DNA of 64,000 nucleotides, from positions 20,243-84,242 of the forward strand of contig NZ_DAINBO010000006.1 of the NCBI RefSeq assembly GCF_036732845.1. Direction: 5' to 3'. Shown here piece after piece: positions 1 through 6,074 of this stretch. Position numbers and translations under genes: made by a program. Position 1 is the first letter of the stretch. The number at the start of each line of letters is the position of its first letter. Below the pieces are notes generated by a model. It worked only from the letters and a program-made list of their open reading frames with translations. It searched no databases and was not told the DNA's origin. Origin of the DNA: Brevundimonas sp. Lineage in GTDB: Bacteria; Pseudomonadota; Alphaproteobacteria; Caulobacterales; Caulobacteraceae.

Positions 1-121
1 GCGCCGACCACGGGTCCGACCGGAACGCCGGATAGGCCAGGGCCGCCACGGCCGCCACGAAGCCGACGACCATCACCCCGGCCAGGGCGTCGAACGGCAG
101 GCGTCGGCTGTGCGCTTCCAT
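1..121 (-). CDS. partial CDS (N-terminus only), hypothetical membrane protein
   Basis: An ATG at 119..121 on the minus strand opens a frame that runs off the left edge. It translates MEAHSRRLPFDALAGVMVVGFVAAVAALAYPAFRSDPW, which includes a hydrophobic helix. No family recognised and the SD is weak. Confidence 0.3.
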   Translation of the reverse strand, partial: MEAHSRRLPFDALAGVMVVGFVAAVAALAYPAFRSDPWSA

Positions 122-162
122 GAAACCCCGCGCGCGAATCAATTGTTGGATACTAGCGCGTT

Positions 163-1239
163 TCAGCGCCGCCGCCGCTTCTGCATGACGAAGCCGATGA
201 CCTTGGCCGCCGCCTCGAAATGTTCGCGCGGAATGGTCTCGTCCACATCCACCGCCGCATACAGCGCCCGCGCCAGCGGCACGTTCTCGACGATCGGCAC
301 CTCGTGCTCGCGCGCGACCTCGCGGATCTTCAGGGCCAGGGCGTCGACGCCCTTGGCGACGCAGACCGGGGCGGCGTCGCCCTTGTCCGGCTCATAGCGC
401 AGGGCCACCGAATAGTGGGTCGGGTTGGTCACGATCACGGTCGCCGTCGGCACCGCCTGCATCATCCGCTTGCGGCTGCGCTGCATGCGGATCTGCTTCA
501 GCTTGGCCTTGACGTGCGGATCGCCCTCGGACTGCTTGTAGTCTTCCTTCAGCTCTTCCTTGGTCATGCGCATCCGCTTGGCGAAGCGCATCTTCTGCCA
601 GATGAAGTCCGCTCCGGCGGTGAAGCCCAGCAGCACCAGGGTCGCCGCCATCAGGGCCACGATCAGGTCCCGCGCGAACGGCAGTTGTTCGGCCGGACTC
701 ATGGCCGCCAGATTCTCCAGCTCGCGCGTGTGCGGCTTCAGCACCATCCAGCAGACGGCCGACACCGCGATCAGCTTGATGAAGGTCTTCAGGAACTGCA
801 CCAGGCCATCGGGACCGAAGATGCGTTTGAAGCCCGACAGGGGGCTGACCTTGTCCCATTTGGGCTTGATCTTGTCGGCGGTGAAGATCAGGCCCGACTG
901 CATCAGATTGCCGCCCGCGCCGCCCACGATCACCGCGATCATCACCGCCGCGAACAGGGGCGTCACCGACCACAGGGCGCGCGCGCCGATCTCGATCCCC
1001 GCGCCGGATTCCAGCGCCCCGACCATGGCGTGCGGGCTGGCGATGAAGGGCAGCAACTGTTCGGCCGTCGAGGTGGCGAACCAGCCGCCGCCCATCAGGA
1101 TGACGGCCGCCCCCCCCATCAGGGCCAGAGCTGGGGCGACGTCCTGGGACTTGGCGACGTCGCCCTTCTTTCGCGCCTCTTCGAGTTTTCGCGGGGTCGC
1201 CTCTTCTGTTTTGGATTCGGGATCTGCGCCTTCAGCCAA
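163..1239 (-). CDS. flhB: flagellar type III export protein FlhB
   Basis: 358-aa ORF. The N-terminus (MAEGADPESKTEEATPRKLEEARKKGDVAKS) and the NPTH autocleavage motif (VTNPTHYSVAL) are typical of FlhB. The start overlaps the fliR stop. Confidence 0.95.
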   Translation of the reverse strand: MAEGADPESKTEEATPRKLEEARKKGDVAKSQDVAPALALMGGAAVILMGGGWFATSTAEQLLPFIASPHAMVGALESGAGIEIGARALWSVTPLFAAVMIAVIVGGAGGNLMQSGLIFTADKIKPKWDKVSPLSGFKRIFGPDGLVQFLKTFIKLIAVSAVCWMVLKPHTRELENLAAMSPAEQLPFARDLIVALMAATLVLLGFTAGADFIWQKMRFAKRMRMTKEELKEDYKQSEGDPHVKAKLKQIRMQRSRKRMMQAVPTATVIVTNPTHYSVALRYEPDKGDAAPVCVAKGVDALALKIREVAREHEVPIVENVPLARALYAAVDVDETIPREHFEAAAKVIGFVMQKRRRR

Positions 1240-2011
1240 GGGCGCCTCCCGAACCCGCCGCGAAGATCTCGGCCAGGCGGCGATAGCGGTCGATGAAGAC
1301 CGTCCCCAGCACCCCGAGACTCAAGGCGAACACCGACAGGCCCAGGATCACGCTCAGCGGGGCGGCGGCGAAAAAGACCTGGAACTGCGGCATCACCCGC
1401 CCGATCAGGCCGGTGGCGATGTTGAACACCAGGGCGAAGACCAGCACAGGCCCGGCCAACTGCACCCCCAACAGGAAGGAATCGCCCAGCGTCCGTATCG
1501 CCAGGGTGGTGAAGTCCGCCGTCACCAGCGGCCGCGCCGGGGCGATCAGCTCGTACGATCCCACCAGCCCGGCGACGAACAGGTGGTGGGTGTTGGTGGC
1601 GAACAGCAGGGTCACGCCCAACAGCGTCAGAAAGGCCGACAGCGTCGTGCCCGGCTGGGCCTGCAAGGGGTTGGCCGTCTGGGCGAAGCCCAGGGTGGTC
1701 TGCAAGGACACGATCTCGCCCGCCGTCCCCAGGGCCGTCATGAACGACCGCAGCAGGGCGCCGATCATCAGGCCCACGATGACCTCGCGCAGCACCCAGC
1801 CGACCATGCCGCCGACGCTGGCGGGCAGGGCCGGCAACGATCCAGCCACCACCGGCCACAAGGCCAGGGTGATCATCAGCGCCAGCCCCAGACGCACCCG
1901 AGGCGGCACATAGCTCTCGCCGATGCCGGGCAGCATCATCAGGACCGCGCCGATTCGGGCGAAGATCAGCGCCCCGGCCCAGACCTGATCCGATGTGGCG
2001 TAAGGCTCCAC
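1232..2011 (-). CDS. fliR: flagellar type III export protein FliR
   Basis: ORF 1232..2365 trimmed to the in-frame GTG at 2009..2011, which abuts the fliQ stop. Polytopic, with an FliR-like N-terminus (VWAGALIFARIGAVLMMLPGIGE). The 3-prime end overlaps flhB by 8 nt. Confidence 0.85.
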   Translation of the reverse strand: MEPYATSDQVWAGALIFARIGAVLMMLPGIGESYVPPRVRLGLALMITLALWPVVAGSLPALPASVGGMVGWVLREVIVGLMIGALLRSFMTALGTAGEIVSLQTTLGFAQTANPLQAQPGTTLSAFLTLLGVTLLFATNTHHLFVAGLVGSYELIAPARPLVTADFTTLAIRTLGDSFLLGVQLAGPVLVFALVFNIATGLIGRVMPQFQVFFAAAPLSVILGLSVFALSLGVLGTVFIDRYRRLAEIFAAGSGGALG

Positions 2012-2280
2012 TACATGCCCGCGATGCGGGCCGCGATCTGCTGCATGAAGCCGCCCAACAGCGCCCCCATCAGCGGCAGGAACAGCAGCAGAGACACGAA
2101 GATGGCGATGATCTTGGGCGCATAGATCAGGGTCTGTTCCTGAATCTGGGTCAGGGCCTGAAACAGGCCGATGACCACGCCGACCACCAGGCCGACGATA
2201 AGCACCGGCGCACAGAGCTGGATGGTCAGCCACAGGGCGTCCCGCCCCACGTCCAGAACTTCGGCGCCGTTCATTAACAC
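2011..2280 (-). CDS. fliQ: flagellar type III export protein FliQ
   Basis: 89-aa two-TM ORF with the FliQ signature LFQALTQIQEQTLIYAPKI. The 2280 start is GTG; an ATG at 2274 is an alternative start. Confidence 0.9.
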   Translation of the reverse strand: MLMNGAEVLDVGRDALWLTIQLCAPVLIVGLVVGVVIGLFQALTQIQEQTLIYAPKIIAIFVSLLLFLPLMGALLGGFMQQIAARIAGM

Positions 2281-2314
2281 TCGCTCCCGGGTACTGGGCT
2301 GAAATTGCCGGGTG

Positions 2315-2334
2315 CATGGTTAATGTCGCGTTAG
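2315..2334 (-). promoter_or_regulatory. CtrA-type box / class II flagellar -35 element upstream of fliQ
   Basis: The minus strand reads CTAA-CGCGACA-TTAACCATG, about 35 nt upstream of the fliQ start. This matches the TTAA-N7-TTAAC CtrA box and the TTAACCAT element known from Caulobacter class II flagellar promoters. Confidence 0.45.
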
Positions 2335-2401
2335 GATCGACCTTGCTCGCCAGCGCCGCCCACACCAGCTATGAGCCACGCCTCGCGCACAGGACCGATC
2401 C

Positions 2402-3091
2402 ATGGACGACACCCGCCGCCACGACCACGACGCCGACTGCGACGGCAGTTGGATCGAACGCGAAGCCCTGGCCCGCGCGGCGGGCACGCCGCTGCCCCGT
2501 CGTGGCGGGCGTCGGCCCGAGGCGGACCTTCCCGATGAAGACGAGGTGCGCGCCGCCGTCAGAACCCTGATCCGCTGGACCGGCGACAATCCTGACCGCG
2601 AAGGCCTGGTGGACACCCCCGATCGCGTCGCCCGCAGCTATCGCGAGATGTTCGCCGGCTATGACGTCGATCCCCGCGAATATCTGGAGCGGACCTTCGA
2701 GGAGGTCGGCGGCTATGACGAGCTGATCGTGCTCAAGGACATCCGTTTCGTCAGCGTCTGCGAGCACCATATGCTGCCCGTCATCGGCAAGGCGCACGTC
2801 GCCTATCTGCCGACCGATCGCGTCGTCGGCATCTCCAAACTGGCCCGCGTGGTGCGCGGCTACGCCCGCCGCCTCCAGATCCAGGAAAAGATGACGGCCG
2901 AGATCGCGCGCGCCATCCAGGAGGTGCTCAAGCCTCAAGGCGTCGGCGTGGTCATCGAGGCCGAGCATAGCTGCATGACGCTGCGCGGCGTCAACGCGCC
3001 CGGAACCAGCCTGATCACCAGCCACCTGGTCGGCGTGGTCCGCGACGACGCCCGGACCCGCGAGGAATTCCTGCGGCTGGTCAGGGGCTGA
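2402..3091 (+). CDS. folE: GTP cyclohydrolase I
   Basis: 229-aa ORF with the FolE active-site region [22 protein letters not shown] and [19 protein letters not shown]. Confidence 0.9.
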   Translation: MDDTRRHDHDADCDGSWIEREALARAAGTPLPRRGGRRPEADLPDEDEVRAAVRTLIRWTGDNPDREGLVDTPDRVARSYREMFAGYDVDPREYLERTFEEVGGYDELIVLKDIRFVSVCEHHMLPVIGKAHVAYLPTDRVVGISKLARVVRGYARRLQIQEKMTAEIARAIQEVLKPQGVGVVIEAEHSCMTLRGVNAPGTSLITSHLVGVVRDDARTREEFLRLVRG

Positions 3092-3146
3092 TCCCTCCAC
3101 CCTACGCAAGGAGGCGGATCGGCGGCGCAAGCATGCGCGCGCGCCG

Positions 3147-3455
3147 TCAGATCGGCATGCGCATGATCTCTTGATAGGCCTGGATCACCTGGTCGCGCAC
3201 GGCCATGACGGTTTCCAGCGAGGCCTCGGCCGAGCTGACGGCGGTGACCACGTCGATCAGACTGCCCTGGCCCTGGACGGCGCTGGCCATCTGGGTTTCG
3301 GCCGCGCGGGTCTGTTCCGTCGCGCTGGACATGACGTTCTGCAACAGTTCGCCGAAGCCGGGTCCCTGGGCCGCCGCCGCGCCGCCCGCCTCGCCCGCCG
3401 GCGAGGCGCCGGTCTGGATGGCCTGATAGGCCCGGGCCGCCATCATGGGATTCAT
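3147..3455 (-). CDS. fliE: flagellar hook-basal body complex protein FliE
   Basis: 102-aa ORF at the end of the flgB-flgC operon. The C-terminus (SLETVMAVRDQVIQAYQEIMRMPI) is typical of FliE. Confidence 0.85.
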   Translation of the reverse strand: MNPMMAARAYQAIQTGASPAGEAGGAAAAQGPGFGELLQNVMSSATEQTRAAETQMASAVQGQGSLIDVVTAVSSAEASLETVMAVRDQVIQAYQEIMRMPI

Positions 3456-3466
3456 GGCTCAGCCCC

Positions 3467-3886
3467 TCACTTCTTCAGCAGGTCGAGGGTGCGCATCTCC
3501 ATGGCGCGCGCCGTCTCGATGACGTTCAGATTGGCTTCATAGGCCCGCTGCGCCTCGCGCATGTCCATGGCCTCGATCAGGGTGTCGACATTGGGCCGGG
3601 TGACATAGCCCTCGGCGTTGGCCGCCGGGTGGGTCGGATCGTATTCGCTGCGGAAGTCGCTCATGTCGGGCCGCACCTCGGCCAGGACGACGCCGGTCGC
3701 CCCGTTGATCTCGCGCGCCTGAAACACCGGCGTCTGACGACGATAGGGCTGGCCGCCCGCCGTGGAGGCGGTGGATTCGGCGTTGGCGATGTTCTCGGCG
3801 ATGACCCGCATGCGCGACTGCTGCGCCCGCAGCGCCGAGGCGGCGGCGGCCATGGCCGGGTTTCGGGGCGGGATCGGATCAGCCAC
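3467..3886 (-). CDS. flgC: flagellar basal-body rod protein FlgC
   Basis: 139-aa ORF with the rod-protein N-terminal motif RMRVIAENIANAEST and C-terminal EANLNVIETARAM. Confidence 0.9.
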   Translation of the reverse strand: MADPIPPRNPAMAAAASALRAQQSRMRVIAENIANAESTASTAGGQPYRRQTPVFQAREINGATGVVLAEVRPDMSDFRSEYDPTHPAANAEGYVTRPNVDTLIEAMDMREAQRAYEANLNVIETARAMEMRTLDLLKK

Positions 3887-3900
3887 GGCTCAACCCTTCT

Positions 3901-4308
3901 TCAGCGACCCGGCGGCCGGGCGGCCATGCGGATCATCTGCAACGACTTCTGGTAGAAGCCGATGGCGGCGTCATAGGCCATGCGGCTCTCGGCCATCTTC
4001 AGCATCTGTTCTTCGACCACCACCGAATTGCCGTCCAGCGTGGTCTCGGAATCCGGCGTCTCGTTCGACTGATAGCGGGCGGCGGGACCCGCGGGCGCGA
4101 TGTGGGCGGCGCTGGTCCGGGTCATCTGCAACGGCCCGCCCTGGCCCCTCAGGGCGGCGGCGAAATCCTTCGGCGCGGCCAGATCGCGGGCGACGTATCC
4201 GGGCGTGTCCGAATTGGCCACGTTCTGGGCGATCACGCGCTGGCGCTGGTCCAGCCATCCCAGGCGGCCCTTGATCTGATCCAGCAGCGGCAGGTCGACG
4301 ACGCCCAT
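3901..4308 (-). CDS. flgB: flagellar basal-body rod protein FlgB
   Basis: 135-aa ORF with the motif RQRVIAQNVANSDTPGY and C-terminal YDAAIGFYQKSLQMIRMA. It is the first gene of the flgB-flgC-fliE operon. Confidence 0.9.
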   Translation of the reverse strand: MGVVDLPLLDQIKGRLGWLDQRQRVIAQNVANSDTPGYVARDLAAPKDFAAALRGQGGPLQMTRTSAAHIAPAGPAARYQSNETPDSETTLDGNSVVVEEQMLKMAESRMAYDAAIGFYQKSLQMIRMAARPPGR

Positions 4309-4369
4309 GACCGGTTCCCGTGGGGACGCATGACGCGCCCATTCAACACCCGGCGAAAAATGCCCGGCT

Positions 4370-4389
4370 CATGGTTAAGAAGAGGTTTC
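4370..4389 (-). promoter_or_regulatory. TTAACCATG class II-type promoter element upstream of flgB
   Basis: The minus strand reads GAAA-CCTCTTC-TTAACCATG, ending 61 nt upstream of the flgB ATG. The downstream half-site is perfect; the upstream half-site is degenerate. Confidence 0.35.
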
Positions 4390-4391
4390 CC

Positions 4392-4411
4392 TAAACCAAC
4401 CGTTAACCGTG
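4392..4411 (+). promoter_or_regulatory. TTAACCGTG class II-type promoter element upstream of fliO-fliP
   Basis: The plus strand reads TAAA-CCAACCG-TTAACCGTG, about 59 nt upstream of the fliO ATG. It sits back to back with the flgB element. Confidence 0.35.
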
Positions 4412-4470
4412 TCGCTTAACAGTCGGGCGGAACCGGCGCCGCGATCCGCGCGCCGAATCCGGGTCCGTGC

Positions 4471-4746
4471 ATGAATTTCCTCGACCTCGCCCGCGCCGTC
4501 TTCGGCCTGGCCTTCACCCTGGGGATTATCGGCCTGTGCGCCTGGGCCGCGCGCCGCTACGCGCCCCAGCTTTTGGCCCGAATGAACGCCGAGCGCGGCG
4601 AGCGCCGTCTTCAGGTCGTCGAGACCCTGGTGCTGGACCCGGCCCGCCGCCTGGTCCTGGTCCGCGTCGATGAGGAGGAGCGCCTGCTGCTGCTGGGCGA
4701 AGGCCGCGAACTGATCGAACCGCGCCAGATCGGAGGCCCGAAGTGA
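4471..4746 (+). CDS. fliO: flagellar biosynthesis protein FliO
   Basis: 91-aa ORF with a single N-terminal TM helix (FGLAFTLGIIGLCAWAA) followed by LQVVETLVLDPARRLVLVRVDEEERLLLLG, the FliO pattern. It lies directly upstream of fliP. Confidence 0.7.
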   Translation: MNFLDLARAVFGLAFTLGIIGLCAWAARRYAPQLLARMNAERGERRLQVVETLVLDPARRLVLVRVDEEERLLLLGEGRELIEPRQIGGPK

Positions 4747-5678
4747 AGGCGCCGTTCCTCTCCCTCCCCTTTATGGGGAGGGTGGCGCGCAGCATCGGCT
4801 GGGGTCCAGCCGTGGATCGCCCCACCCGTCTTCGCCCTTCAGGCTCAGACACCCTCCCCCGCAGGAGGAGGGAGAAGCTGTTCTGCATCCCGACCCGCGA
4901 CGAGTTGAAGCGCGCGGCGGCCCTGTCGCTGCTGACCACCCTGCTGTGCCTGGCCTTCCCCCTGGTGGCCTTGGCCCAGGACGCGGCCGCGACCGGCAGC
5001 GCCATCAACATCGACCTGGGCAGCGGCGCAGGCCTGTCCGAGCGTGTGGTCCAACTGGTCGGCCTGATGACCGTTCTGTCCTTGGCGCCGTCGATCGTCA
5101 TCATGACCACCAGTTTCGTGCGCATCGTCGTGGTGTTGTCCCTGCTGCGCACCGCTCTGGGGATGCAGCAGTCGCCGCCCAACGCGGTCCTGGTCTCCCT
5201 GGCCCTGTTCCTGTCCGCCATCGTCATGGCTCCGACCTGGCAGGACGCCTATGATTCGGGAATCAGGCCCCTGATGGACCAGCAGATGGAGCTGCCCCAG
5301 GCGTTCGACGCGGCCTCTGAACCGGTGAAGACGTTCATGTTGTCGCAGGTCGATCGATCCGACCTCGCCCTGTTCACCCGCCTGTCCCGCGTCGAGGCTA
5401 ACACCGCCCCCGCCGACCTGCCCCTGCGCGTGGTCACCCCGGCCTTCATGATCAGCGAGTTGAAGACTGCCTTCGAGATCGGATTTCTTCTTTTTGTTCC
5501 GTTCCTTGTGATCGATCTGGTGGTCGCCAGCGTGCTCATGTCCATGGGTATGATGATGCTGCCTCCGGTGGTGGTTTCCCTGCCGTTCAAGCTGATCTTT
5601 TTCGTACTCGTGGACGGCTGGAGACAGGTCGCCGGCAGCCTGGTCGAGAGCTTCCAGAGGGCCTCTGGAACAGGCTGA
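4743..5678 (+). CDS. fliP: flagellar type III export protein FliP (start uncertain)
   Basis: FliP core TSFVRIVVVLSLLRTALGMQQSPPNAVL and PFKLIFFVLVDGW. The first ~40 codons of the maximal ORF (GTG 4743) run through a GGGGAGG palindromic repeat. An in-frame TTG at 4905 precedes the signal peptide (KRAAALSLLTTLLCLAFPLVALAQD) and may be the real start. Confidence 0.9.
   Translation: MKAPFLSLPFMGRVARSIGWGPAVDRPTRLRPSGSDTLPRRRREKLFCIPTRDELKRAAALSLLTTLLCLAFPLVALAQDAAATGSAINIDLGSGAGLSERVVQLVGLMTVLSLAPSIVIMTTSFVRIVVVLSLLRTALGMQQSPPNAVLVSLALFLSAIVMAPTWQDAYDSGIRPLMDQQMELPQAFDAASEPVKTFMLSQVDRSDLALFTRLSRVEANTAPADLPLRVVTPAFMISELKTAFEIGFLLFVPFLVIDLVVASVLMSMGMMMLPPVVVSLPFKLIFFVLVDGWRQVAGSLVESFQRASGTG
4757..4875. 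repeat. GGGGAGG-type palindromic intergenic repeat element (copy 1)
   Basis: Hairpin CCCTCCCC-tttat-GGGGAGGG at 4762..4782 and a second CCCTCC-N9-GGAGGG at 4852..4872. Same family as the copies at 15177 and 16265. Confidence 0.6.
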
Positions 5679-5789
5679 ATCCCCAGCCTCAAAGGCTTTC
5701 CGCAGCAGGGCCGCTTGCCAAGTCGCGTGAAAAGCGTGTTGATCCTCCAGTCTTCGCCTGGAATCGGGCGACCAACTGGAAACGCCATC

Positions 5790-6068
5790 ATGACCACTCA
5801 AGCCGAACTCATCGCCGCCGTCGCCAAGGACGCGGGTGTCTCGCAAGCCGACGCCGGCAAGGTGCTGACCGCCATCGTCGAGAACATCCACAAATCCCTG
5901 AAGTCGGGCGGCGACGTCCGCATCTCGAACCTGGGCGTGTTCGACACCGCCTCGCGCGCCGCCCGTGAAGGCCGTAACCCGGCCACCGGCGCGACCATCA
6001 AGATCGCCGCCTCCAAGGCCGTACGCTTCCGCGTGTCCAAGCCGCTGAAGGACGCCGTCAACAAGTAA
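5790..6068 (+). CDS. hup: HU family DNA-binding protein
   Basis: 92 aa from ATG 5790. MTTQAELIAAVAKDAGVSQADAGKVL...RNPATGATIKIAASKAVRFRVSKPLKDAV is a classic HU/IHF fold sequence. Confidence 0.9.
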   Translation: MTTQAELIAAVAKDAGVSQADAGKVLTAIVENIHKSLKSGGDVRISNLGVFDTASRAAREGRNPATGATIKIAASKAVRFRVSKPLKDAVNK

Positions 6069-6074
6069 GACGGA

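Noticed and set aside
220-1296. Long ORFs antisense to or out of frame with real genes, for example 220..1296, 560..2125, 6984..9026, 10781..13696, 16737..18116, 18657..20456, 43438..46353 and 50584..52497.
   Set aside because: Their translations are Arg/Gly/Pro/His/Gln-rich low-complexity strings with no motifs. Each overlaps a gene with clear family signatures on the other strand or frame. This is a typical stop-codon-poor artefact of roughly 70% G+C DNA.
2402-3091. folE embedded in the flagellar cluster as a possible functional link.
   Set aside because: folE is a housekeeping folate/queuosine precursor gene in its own transcription unit. The interspersion is most simply explained by gene order drift.
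4403-4420. TTAACCGTGTCGCTTAAC as a full CtrA box.
   Set aside because: The two TTAA half-sites are separated by 9 nt, not 7. Only the alignment with the upstream TAAA half-site gives N7 spacing.
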